A stretch of 64,000 nt of DNA. It comes from Alphaproteobacteria bacterium (GTDB lineage: Bacteria; Pseudomonadota; Alphaproteobacteria; MPNO01). Location: positions 2,304,001 to 2,368,000 of the forward strand of contig OZ219866.1 of NCBI GenBank assembly GCA_964291675.2, given 5' to 3'. Each line of letters opens with the position of its first letter. The stretch's first letter is position 1. The notes beneath the pieces are model-generated. The model ran no database searches. It saw only the letters and a list, made by a program, of their open reading frames with translations, and was not told the DNA's origin. The translations under genes and the position numbers were made by a program. Shown here one piece after another: positions 1 to 8,432 of the stretch.

Positions 1-61
1 GGCAGATATCGACGCAGTATCCGCAGCCGTCGCATCGGGTCATGTAGACGAATGTCGGCAT
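1..61 (-). CDS. aprB: adenylylsulfate (APS) reductase beta subunit, 5' end only (runs off window)
   Basis: Reverse complement of 1-61 reads MPTFVYMTRCDGCGYCVDIC, the ferredoxin-type CxxCxxCxxxC start typical of lineage-I AprB. AGGAGA RBS upstream; directly downstream of aprM. Not in the ORF track. Confidence 0.9.
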   Translation of the reverse strand, partial: MPTFVYMTRCDGCGYCVDIC

Positions 62-104
62 GGGACTCGATTATCTCCTCTACGCAGGATTGGCGATCGG
101 CCGG

Positions 105-890
105 TCAGTAGTGGCTGGGCCGTTCGCGCGCGCTGCCGAAGGTTTCCGGCTTGTCCGCGGGTGCGGGCAGGTTGCTTCGCGTACCGCTGGCCTCGGATAT
201 CCGTTTCTCGAACGCCGCCGCGGGCTTGAAGAACATGTGCGAGAACTTGGACCACGGGACGGAGCCGAACAGCACGGTCGTCGCGATCAGGTAGAGGCCC
301 AGGAACACCGTCGTCCACGAGCTTCCCGCCGCCTGCAGCCCGGCCCATACCAGCCCCAGCGTGGTGCTGGCGAGAAGCGACAGGACGAACAGATCCGCGC
401 GCATGACCCGGAACGGCGTGTGGCCCTCGGCCGACACGTCGACCCGGATGAAGAACCAGAACCAGTAGCCGCCGACGCAGACCAGCAACGCGCCCGCGAC
501 CCACAGCAAGGGCAGGATGGCGGGTGTCTGCGCGGCCGGCGTCGGGTACCAGAACACCATGACGAAGGTCGCGATCGCGTAGGCCAGGAAACCGTACATC
601 GTCAGCAGATGGGCGACCCGGCGGCGTCCGGAGCCGAATTCGGACGACGTGAGCCCCTCCGACAGGGCGGTCTGGATCGCCAGCCCGGCCATCTGCCCGC
701 CGCCGACGCGCCGCGCCCCCCTGTCCCTCGACTTGCGCCAGCTCGCGAAGAAATAGGCGGCGCTCCTCTTGTGCCAGATGTCGAACAGGGTGCCGCCCAC
801 CACCAGCAGGATCATCACCGCGACATAGGTCTGCATGACCCCGGGCGATACGGTCGAAGACAGCGTGGCGAAGGGATTGCTGGTGAACAC
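105..890 (-). CDS. aprM: APS reductase membrane anchor AprM
   Basis: 261 aa with about 5 hydrophobic segments; N-terminal NPFA..MQTY and C-terminal PWSKFSHMFFKPAAA motifs; immediately upstream of aprB. Confidence 0.85.
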   Translation of the reverse strand: MFTSNPFATLSSTVSPGVMQTYVAVMILLVVGGTLFDIWHKRSAAYFFASWRKSRDRGARRVGGGQMAGLAIQTALSEGLTSSEFGSGRRRVAHLLTMYGFLAYAIATFVMVFWYPTPAAQTPAILPLLWVAGALLVCVGGYWFWFFIRVDVSAEGHTPFRVMRADLFVLSLLASTTLGLVWAGLQAAGSSWTTVFLGLYLIATTVLFGSVPWSKFSHMFFKPAAAFEKRISEASGTRSNLPAPADKPETFGSARERPSHY

Positions 891-987
891 GCGATTCCCC
901 CGTTGTCAGCCTGTTCCATTCAAAGCCCGACGCGACACTATCGACCCGCCCGCGGGAAGGAAACCACCTTTTCGGCGGCTTCGAACG

Positions 988-1809
988 TCACGCCCCGGCC
1001 GGCGCCGGGCGGCGGCGGAAGGGGAACGGCCCCGGGTGCGCGACCAGGGGCAGGGTATGGGTGACCATGCCGATTCCGGGGCTCCAGACGTGCAGGAAGC
1101 CCGCGGGCGGCTCCAGCACGAGGTGGAGGTCGGCGTCGGGGCGCAGGTCGAGCGGCATGTGGAAGGCGGTCGACGGCGCGACGCAGGCGAGCGTGCCGGC
1201 GAAGCGGCGCTGGATGGGCCGGTGCAGGTGCCCGCACAGCACCCGCTCCACGTTCCCATGCGCCCCGACGATTTCGGCGAACGCCTCGGCGCCCGCAAAA
1301 TCCTGGCCGTCCATGAAGGGGACGCCGGTCTTGAAGGGCGGGTGGTGCATCAGGATCGCGGTCGGGCGCCCCGGGGCCTCGGCCAGCCGGTCCGCCAGCC
1401 ATGCCAGGCGTTCGGCGCACATCTCGCCCGTCTTGGCGCCCGGCTTCAGCGTGTCCAGGGCGATGAGGCGCACCGGCAAATCCTCGACCGCGTAGTGCAG
1501 GAACGCCCCCTCCTCGGGCAGATAGCCGGCATCGGCGAAGGCCGCGCGAAAGCCTGCCCGGTCGTCCCGGTTGCCGGGGATCGGGTAGACCGGCACGGGC
1601 AGCGGGTCCAGCAGGCGCCGGAGCTGGGCATAGGATTCGGCGTCGGGGACGTCGACCAGATCGCCCGTAATCAGCACCGCGTCGGCCGGCGGGTCGAGCG
1701 CGGCCAGGCGCTCGACGGCGCCCGACAGGCTGCCCGCCGTGTCCGCCACGCCGTGCGCCAGATCGCCCTCGGGCCGGAGATGTATGTCGGAGATATGGGC
1801 GAGGATCAT
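988..1809 (-). CDS. metallophosphoesterase (CpdA/GpdQ-like phosphodiesterase)
   Basis: Motifs SDIH, TGDLVD, PGNRD (usually GNHD), MHHPP, CGHLHR. Confidence 0.85.
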   Translation of the reverse strand: MILAHISDIHLRPEGDLAHGVADTAGSLSGAVERLAALDPPADAVLITGDLVDVPDAESYAQLRRLLDPLPVPVYPIPGNRDDRAGFRAAFADAGYLPEEGAFLHYAVEDLPVRLIALDTLKPGAKTGEMCAERLAWLADRLAEAPGRPTAILMHHPPFKTGVPFMDGQDFAGAEAFAEIVGAHGNVERVLCGHLHRPIQRRFAGTLACVAPSTAFHMPLDLRPDADLHLVLEPPAGFLHVWSPGIGMVTHTLPLVAHPGPFPFRRRPAPAGA

Positions 1810-1918
1810 GCAGCCCGGAAGCTATCACGGCGCCGGGCCGCGGTTGCGGAAATTTCAGGACGACGGCACCGGCGTTCGGGCACGACGGATGAAGCGACAC
1901 GGCGTCTCAAGGCAAAGC

Positions 1919-2353
1919 CTACCCTCCGCTACCCCGCATCGGATTGAACGTCTCGACCCCCGCGAAATCCCGTTCGTTGTCCGTGACCACGATGCAGGCG
2001 TTCGCCTCCGCGGTTGCCGCGACGATCGTGTCGAGCGCGCTGCGCGGGCGTCCGGCCGCCCTTCCCTCCGCCATCAGCCGGGCCCAGGCGTGGGCGGCCT
2101 TCTCGTCGAAGGGGAGCACTCGCCCGGCGAACAATGCGGTCGGGCCCTCCGGGCCGGAGAACCAGGCTTCGAGGTCGTCCCGCTTCCGCCCGGCCGGCTT
2201 TTCCAGTATCCCGCGCCGGATCTCCGCCACGGTGAGCGCGGAGACGAACAGGTCCTCGTCGACCCGTTCGGCCATCCAGGCCAGTAGCGTGTCCGACGGT
2301 ACCGGCTTCGTCGCGTCGCTGATGATGTTGGTGTCGAGCAGATACCGGTTCAC
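1919..2353 (-). CDS. vapC: PIN-domain toxin (VapC family)
   Basis: YLLDTNIIS, AEIRRG, D..VAATA and VVTDNERDF PIN motifs; GTGA overlap with the upstream gene. Confidence 0.9.
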   Translation of the reverse strand: MNRYLLDTNIISDATKPVPSDTLLAWMAERVDEDLFVSALTVAEIRRGILEKPAGRKRDDLEAWFSGPEGPTALFAGRVLPFDEKAAHAWARLMAEGRAAGRPRSALDTIVAATAEANACIVVTDNERDFAGVETFNPMRGSGG

Positions 2354-2652
2354 AGATCCACCTTACGGCCGGGCTCGAACGGGCGGGGAGGAACGATGTC
2401 CTCGCCCACCAGCGGCGAGCGGCGCAGGGCTTCGAGAATTCCGCCCTTTCGCGGCCCTCCGTCGGCAACGCATTGGCTGACGACGGTCCGCAGGCGGTCG
2501 GCCTCGGGTCCCTCCTCGGCCAATCCCCGGGCCACGGCGCGGATGAGCGCGCGATCCGCCTCGCGCCCCAGGACCTCGAAACGCGCCATGCCCCGTTCGG
2601 CCAGACGGCGCCGATATCTTTCGGTGGCGCGCCGTTGGGATGTCTCGTTCAT
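2350..2652 (-). CDS. probable antitoxin partner of VapC
   Basis: 100-aa basic protein translationally coupled upstream of the PIN toxin. Confidence 0.7.
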   Translation of the reverse strand: MNETSQRRATERYRRRLAERGMARFEVLGREADRALIRAVARGLAEEGPEADRLRTVVSQCVADGGPRKGGILEALRRSPLVGEDIVPPRPFEPGRKVDL

Positions 2653-2730
2653 CGCCGATCCTCGCCCTGTTACCGGACATATAACCAGTGATACGGGAAA
2701 GCGAAAGCCGGTCCCCCGGTGTCACCCCCA

Positions 2731-2775
2731 CGTCATGGCCGGCCCCCGGATCAAGTCCGGGGGCCAGGCATGACG
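2731..2775. repeat. REP-like palindrome, family B (CGTCAT...CCGGATCAAGTCCGG...ATGACG)
   Basis: cgtcatggccggcccccggatcaagtccgggggccaggcatgacg folds into a hairpin; the same core recurs elsewhere in the window. Confidence 0.85.
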
Positions 2776-2792
2776 AGGGGAGAACCGGGACG

Positions 2793-4181
2793 TCAGGATT
2801 TCCCGGCGTGCCGGGCGGCCGGCGCGCCGGGCGCGAGCCCGATCTCTTCCAGGATGCGCATCCCGGAGCGCATCAGCGCATCGCGCTTTTCCGCGAGCCC
2901 CGGGAAGACGAGGCGCCCGTCGCGCTTGACGAAGCGCCCGGCGACCAGGACCGTCTCGACATTGCCGGGGCCGGCCTGGCGGACCGCCGCGCCGATCGGG
3001 TCGTGCACCGGGAACAGGTTGGGGTCGGTCGCGCGCAGCAGCACGATGTCGGCCTGCTTGCCGGTCGCCAGCGTCCCGATCCGGTCGGGCATCCGGGTCA
3101 TCGCGGCGCCGTTGACGGTGACCCACTCCAGCGCCTCGCGGCAGGCGATGCTGGCGGTGTCGGGCAGGGGCTCGCCGCGCGCGAGCAGCGTCTTGTTGTC
3201 GATATTGCGCTGGACGTTGAGCGTGGTGCGCATGGCGGTGAACATGTCGCCTGCCGCCGCCGGCTCGACGTCGGCACCGATGGTGATCGACGCGCCGAGC
3301 TCGCGCAGCACGCCGGTCAGCGGATCGCCGAAGCCCATCTGCATCTCGACCTCGGCGGTCACGGTGAAGTTGGCGCCGGCCCCGACCAGCGCGCGGATCA
3401 GCTCCGGCGCGAAGTTGTTGGCATGGACGATGTTCGACCGCGCGTCGATCAGCCCGGCCTCGATCAGCGCCTCGAACGTGCCCGGCGAGAGCAGCTTCCC
3501 GCCGCCGGTATGCGCGCTGACGATCAGGTCGAGCTCGCGCGCCAGCGCATAGTCGGCAAGGCAGACTTCGTGGACGCCGTATTGCGGGCCGAGCACCGCG
3601 AGCCCCAGCGTGACCAGCCGGTCGTCGGAGGCGAAGCGGCCGGCGCGCAGGCGCTCGATCTCGGCGCGCGGCATGGGGACTTCGCTAAAATGTTTCCGGC
3701 CCGGCCCGGGGTCGGGCTTGGGCGAGCCGTGCAGGAAGACCGCCCTCGCGCCGGAGGCCTCGAGCCCGTCGATCGCCGCATCCGTGTGCTCCGGCGTCGG
3801 GTTGTTGTGGCACCAGTCGACCAGGGTGGTCACGCCGGCGTCGAGCTTTGCGAGCGCGCCCATGAGGTTGGCGATCCGGATGTCGTCCGGCCCGAAGCGG
3901 GTCGCCAGGCCGCGATGCATGGCGCGCATGTATTGCGGCACCGTCCAGTCCGTGGCGATCCCGCGCAGCCCGGTCTGCCAGGTGTGGACGTGGCTGTCGA
4001 TCAGCCCCGGCAGCACGATGCGCCCCGCCGCGTCGAGGAGCTCGGCATCGCTGACCTGCCCGACATCGCCGATGGCGGCGATGCGCCCGTTCTCGACCAG
4101 GATATCGGCCGACGCCGGCACCGCGCCGGGCTCCATGGTGACGACGATACCGCCCCTGATATGGAGTGGACGACAGTCCAT
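2793..4181 (-). CDS. amidohydrolase family metallo-deaminase
   Basis: PGLIDSHVH metal motif, SAH, IVH, GADV, GKQADIVL. ATG at 4181 follows a GGGGAGG RBS. Confidence 0.85.
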   Translation of the reverse strand: MDCRPLHIRGGIVVTMEPGAVPASADILVENGRIAAIGDVGQVSDAELLDAAGRIVLPGLIDSHVHTWQTGLRGIATDWTVPQYMRAMHRGLATRFGPDDIRIANLMGALAKLDAGVTTLVDWCHNNPTPEHTDAAIDGLEASGARAVFLHGSPKPDPGPGRKHFSEVPMPRAEIERLRAGRFASDDRLVTLGLAVLGPQYGVHEVCLADYALARELDLIVSAHTGGGKLLSPGTFEALIEAGLIDARSNIVHANNFAPELIRALVGAGANFTVTAEVEMQMGFGDPLTGVLRELGASITIGADVEPAAAGDMFTAMRTTLNVQRNIDNKTLLARGEPLPDTASIACREALEWVTVNGAAMTRMPDRIGTLATGKQADIVLLRATDPNLFPVHDPIGAAVRQAGPGNVETVLVAGRFVKRDGRLVFPGLAEKRDALMRSGMRILEEIGLAPGAPAARHAGKS

Positions 4182-4200
4182 GCGGCGTCCTCCCCTGCCG

Positions 4201-5402
4201 TCAGTCACGCGCGCCGCCGGCGCCGGGCCGGTAGCAGATCGCGTCCATCGCGAGCTTCATGCCGTGCACCGCGAGGCAATTGGCGCCGAACAGCGTGCTT
4301 GCCGGCCTGTGGCGCCCGAAATACCGCTCGCGGACCGCGTTCAGCTCCTGGCGTTCGTCGCAATCGTCCAGATACGCGGTGACCTTGGCGACATCCTCGA
4401 AGCCGAATCCGGCCTCTTCCATGACTCGCTGCAAATTGTCGTGCATCTGCGCGGCCTGGGTGGTCATCGTGTCGCCCGCCAACGCGAAGCCGGCGTCGAA
4501 CGGGCCCTGGCCGGAGACGAACAGAAAATCGCCGGCCTGCACCGCATCGGTGTAGTGGCTGATCGGCTCGTGCATGCCGGGGACGCGAAGCTCCTTGCGC
4601 GGCCGGGCGCCGCCGCCCGGCTTGTAGGCGATCGCCTCGATCTCGTGGTTCATCCCCGGAATCGCCAGGCGCCGGACCCCGAACAGGGTGCTGCACGGCC
4701 GGCTGTCGCCGAAGAACCGCTTGCGCGCGACGTCGATCTTGGGCCGGTCCCGCACGTTCTCCAGATAGCACACCACCTTGCAGACATCGCCGAAACCCAT
4801 GCCGGCGGCGTCGAGCATGACCTCCATGTTCTCCAGCGTCTTGAACGCCTGTTTCCCGGGTCGCCGAAATGCACCGCGCGGCCGTCGCTCGCTATCGGCC
4901 CGGTGCCGGAGATGAAGGCGTAGTCGCCGCATTGCACCACGTCGACGTAGTGGCTGGGCGGTTCGAACAGATCCTCGCAGCGGATCTCCCGTTTCGGCGG
5001 CCCGCCGTTGCGCGGCTTGTAGGCAACGCACTCGATCTCCAGCAGCATGCCCGGCAGCGCGAAATGTCCGACGCCCACCCTTGTGCTGCCGGGGTGGGAC
5101 TCGCCGTGAAAGTCGATGCGGACCGGGTTGATCTTCGGCCCGTCATACACCTCTTCCATCAGCACCTTGAAGTAGACCACGTCGCTCGGCGACATGTCGG
5201 CGGCCGACAGCACGCGGTCGATATTGGCGCAGGTCGCCTCGCATTGCCGGACCACGTCGTCCTCGCCGATCAGGCCCCCGTCCTTGTCGAACGGACCCGC
5301 GCCCGAGACGTAGAGGAAGTCGCCGCACAGCACCGCGTCGGTGTAGTGGCTGATCGGCTCCATCGTGTCGTCGAGGCGAATCTCCCGTCGCGGTGCCGCC
5401 AT
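4201..5402 (-). CDS. three-domain Rid/YjgF family protein, interrupted by a -1 frameshift near 4857 (programmed frameshift, pseudogene or sequence error)
   Basis: Three repeats of EPxSHYxDxVxxGDxxxxSGxGP...PxST...EIE. Domain 1 and half of domain 2 are in ORF 4650..5546 (ATG 5402, strong RBS); the rest is in ORF 4201..5031. Joined product is about 400 aa. Confidence 0.85.
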
Positions 5403-5438
5403 GGCGTCCTCCCCTGAGCGTTGTCCTGTCAGTTCACC

Positions 5439-5625
5439 ATCATGCCCGGACCTGTTGCACTGCTGTCCGGCTCGGAATTGCGACGCGGGCTCCGCGCCCG
5501 GTTCTCCCCGCCCCGTCCATGGATGCCCCGGATCGAGTCCGGGCATGACGAGGGATGTGTTGGCGCTCCCCCCATTTCGACATGGCCGGCCCCCGGATCG
5601 AGTCCGGGGATGATCCGGCCATCCA
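5439..5625. repeat. cluster of family-B REP-like palindromes
   Basis: catcatgcccggac..., ggatgccccggatcgagtccgggcatgacg (5521-5550) and catggccggcccccggatcgagtccggggatgatccggccatcc. Confidence 0.8.
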
Positions 5626-5657
5626 TGCGGCCTCCGTCGGCGAGGCAGCGGGGCGGG

Positions 5658-6125
5658 CTAAGCGTTCGCCGGCTCGAGATCGGAGGCCATGACTTCGGGC
5701 GTGAGCCCCACGGCCTCCGCGGCGTCGAAATTGAGCTCGATCTTGATTCCGTTCGGGTCGAACAGGAAGAGCTGGTACAGCCCCTGGGCCGCCACCTGGC
5801 GCTGCGAATACTCGACCCCCAATTCGGCCAGGCGGGACATCGTCTGGCGCAGCCCGGTCGCCCGGAAGGCGATATGGTCGACCACCCCGGTGCCGGTGGT
5901 GGCGTCGGATTGCTGACCGAGATAGGCCATCCGGTTCGCCGACACGTCCTTGCCGCCCTCGGTCACGTGCACCACGTCGCGATCGCCGATATAGAGCCAG
6001 ACGACGGGAAACTTGAAATCCGGGGTGGGCCCGGCCACCATGCCGAGCACGTCGCAATACCACTCCCGGGTCCGTTCGATATCCTCGGTCTGTACGAGGA
6101 AATGCTCCAGATGCGACAGCGGCAT
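5658..6125 (-). CDS. VOC/glyoxalase family protein
   Basis: LEHFLV, VVHV, VDHIAF, QLFLFDPNGIKIELNF; ATG 6125 with GGAGG RBS. Confidence 0.85.
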   Translation of the reverse strand: MPLSHLEHFLVQTEDIERTREWYCDVLGMVAGPTPDFKFPVVWLYIGDRDVVHVTEGGKDVSANRMAYLGQQSDATTGTGVVDHIAFRATGLRQTMSRLAELGVEYSQRQVAAQGLYQLFLFDPNGIKIELNFDAAEAVGLTPEVMASDLEPANA

Positions 6126-6214
6126 GCCGCTCCTCCCGCCGGTTGCTGCGCCGCACAGCATATTCGGGGCCGGCCCCGAAGGCGAGCCGGACCGTAAGAT
6201 GACGGAGACCTGAC

Positions 6215-6520
6215 ATGCCAGCCTATTGGGTAGCGCGCTCGAAGATCCACGACCCGGTGCAATACAAGAAGTACACCGACCTGGTCCCGGCGATCCTGGA
6301 GAAATACGGCGGCAAGGTGCTGGCGCGCGGCGGGGATTACCGGATCATGGAGGGGCCGGAGCATTTCGAGCGCTTCGTGGTGGTCGAGTTCCCGTCCTTC
6401 GACCGGGCCGTCGCCTGCCACCGGTCGCCCGAGTACCAGGCGGCGGCGGGCCATCGCCGCGCCGGCGCGGGCGAGGTGGAGCAGGTCATCGTCGAGGGCG
6501 GCGAGGCGACGCCGATCTGA
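6215..6520 (+). CDS. DUF1330 family protein
   Basis: YGGKVLARGG...EG...RFVVVEFPS...SPEYQAA...R pattern; 101 aa. Confidence 0.85.
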   Translation: MPAYWVARSKIHDPVQYKKYTDLVPAILEKYGGKVLARGGDYRIMEGPEHFERFVVVEFPSFDRAVACHRSPEYQAAAGHRRAGAGEVEQVIVEGGEATPI

Positions 6521-6528
6521 CGCGGGGA

Positions 6529-7323
6529 TCAAGCCCCGAAGCGGACCTCCACCCGGCCCAGTGGGCCGAAATCGGCGGCGACCGCATCGCCCGGCCGGCA
6601 GCGGACGATATCGGTCGTGCTGCCGGTGGTGACCACGTGGCCCGTCTCCAGCGCCGCGCCCCGCGCGCTCAGATGGTTGGCGAGCCAGACCAGCACGTTC
6701 CACGGGTCGCCGAGCACGTTGCGGCCCGCGCCCTCGGTTACCGTCTTCCCGTTGACGCTGACCGCGACGCGCTGGGCGGCGAGGTCGCGGGCGAGCCCGC
6801 CCGGCGCCGCCGGCCCGAGGCAGAGCAGACCGGCGATCGCGTTGTCGGCGATCAGGTCGGCCGCCGTCATCGACAGCCAGTCGGCGTAGCGCGAATCCGG
6901 CACCTCGATCGCCGGATGGACGCTGGCGACCGCTCGCCGCACCTCGTCATGCGTATAGGGCGCGGCGCGGGGGACGAGCGGGCGGCCGAGGACGAAGTCG
7001 AACTCGGGCTCGATGGCGAAGAAATTGACCCGGCCCGGCGGCACGTTTAGCGGGCTTGCGCCCACGAAGTCGGCGAAGACGCGGCCCGAGAACGGAGCGT
7101 CGACGCCGAAGCGCGCCTGCACGTCCGCGTTGGTCGCACCGATCTTGTAGCCGGCGACGGCGAGCCCCGCATGCGCCGCGAGCCCGTCCTGCGCCGCGTA
7201 GCCCTCGTCGATCGTGCGTGGCCGGCAATCGGGCGGCAGCGCCTCGATCTGCCTGCCGTCCCGCCAGGCCTCCCACAGCAGGGCGCCGCCGCGCGCGAGA
7301 GCGTCTGTTCTCCGAGCGCTCAG
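6529..7323 (-). CDS. 2-keto-4-pentenoate hydratase-like protein (FAH superfamily); start uncertain, possibly CTG
   Basis: GYKIG, IEPEF, AIEVPDSR, IADN, LGDP...WLANHL, GHVVTTGS motifs in the C-terminal part of ORF 6529..7977. Confidence 0.8.
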   Translation of the reverse strand: MSARRTDALARGGALLWEAWRDGRQIEALPPDCRPRTIDEGYAAQDGLAAHAGLAVAGYKIGATNADVQARFGVDAPFSGRVFADFVGASPLNVPPGRVNFFAIEPEFDFVLGRPLVPRAAPYTHDEVRRAVASVHPAIEVPDSRYADWLSMTAADLIADNAIAGLLCLGPAAPGGLARDLAAQRVAVSVNGKTVTEGAGRNVLGDPWNVLVWLANHLSARGAALETGHVVTTGSTTDIVRCRPGDAVAADFGPLGRVEVRFGA

Positions 7324-8309
7324 TTGGCGCCCTCGGGAAGCGGGCCGGACATCCCGTCTCGCCTGAAGGCGCCGCTCAGGCCCAGAAACGACCCGACGAA
7401 CTGGCCTTCGCTGCCGTCGCTCTCCTCGAAGTCCACGGAGTTGAAGCCCGCGACCAGCCGGGGGTTTCCGTCGGTATCCCGGCGGCTGGACAGAATGCCG
7501 CCCCAGAACCCATCGGACAGCACGACAGTTCGCTCCGGGTGTCTCACGGTCGCCCTGTAGCGCTCGAAATTGCCGTCCTCCTCCACTATCGCGGTGGCCA
7601 TATGAATCTCGTAGTCCCTGGCCAACCCCTGCGCGTCGATCAGCTCCTCGCCGAGGACGACGCCGAAATGCGCGCGCCGCGTGGTCAGATCGCCGACGCA
7701 CCCGATGCAGCCCTTCAGGCTGCGATCCGCGAAATCCGCGGCCAGAGTCAGGACCCCCTCGTACTCCTCGATCACGAATTCGCCCTCGTTTTCTCCCGCG
7801 TCGCGCCCGAACACGTATGTATAGAGCCCCCCGGCCTGACCCACATACTCGGCCGCGCCGTCGACCGGCAACTCCGGCGGGAAACCGTGGTCGAGCTCGG
7901 GTCCGTCGACGATCGAGTACTGGTCCGCCTCCGCTAACGACAGCCTCGGCGGATGCTGGTCGTAAAACTGCGCCCACCAGCCGAACGCGAGGTAGTCCGA
8001 CGGGTTGTCGGGATCCCAGCTCAGCAGCGCGTGGGAGAGCGACGTGTCGGCCCCTTCCACCTTGAGGAAGGTGAAGGCCTGTGCGCTGTGGCCGGGCAGG
8101 GGCGTCCGCCCGGGGAGCACCTCGATGACGTCTTCCGACGTGCTGACCGAGGCCTCGGTTCCGTCCTCGAGCGTCAGGAAGAAGCGCAGCTCGCTGCCGT
8201 CGAACTCCGTGTTCCGTTCGAGCTGAATCCGGTCTTCTTCCGGCGGCAGCACGCGGCTGCAGGCGGCCAGCGCCAGCGCGGCGAGGAGCAGAAAGGGTAT
8301 CGGCTTCAT
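7320..8309 (-). CDS. acidic lipoprotein, possibly with a TbpB/transferrin-binding-like C-terminal barrel
   Basis: MKPIPFLLLAALALAAC lipobox; YLAFGWW, AEYVGQAGGLY, LTLAADF, WGG and VGSF beta-strand motifs. Confidence 0.6.
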   Translation of the reverse strand: MKPIPFLLLAALALAACSRVLPPEEDRIQLERNTEFDGSELRFFLTLEDGTEASVSTSEDVIEVLPGRTPLPGHSAQAFTFLKVEGADTSLSHALLSWDPDNPSDYLAFGWWAQFYDQHPPRLSLAEADQYSIVDGPELDHGFPPELPVDGAAEYVGQAGGLYTYVFGRDAGENEGEFVIEEYEGVLTLAADFADRSLKGCIGCVGDLTTRRAHFGVVLGEELIDAQGLARDYEIHMATAIVEEDGNFERYRATVRHPERTVVLSDGFWGGILSSRRDTDGNPRLVAGFNSVDFEESDGSEGQFVGSFLGLSGAFRRDGMSGPLPEGAN

Positions 8310-8432
8310 ATTGGGCCCCAGGGTCCGAGACAAATAATTTCTGTCTGGGGCAGAACTCTACCGCCGTTTCCCCGATGCGGCGAGTACGGCAAGATGTGCC
8401 GAGAGCGTTTTGAGGCGAACGGGAGACTGGCG

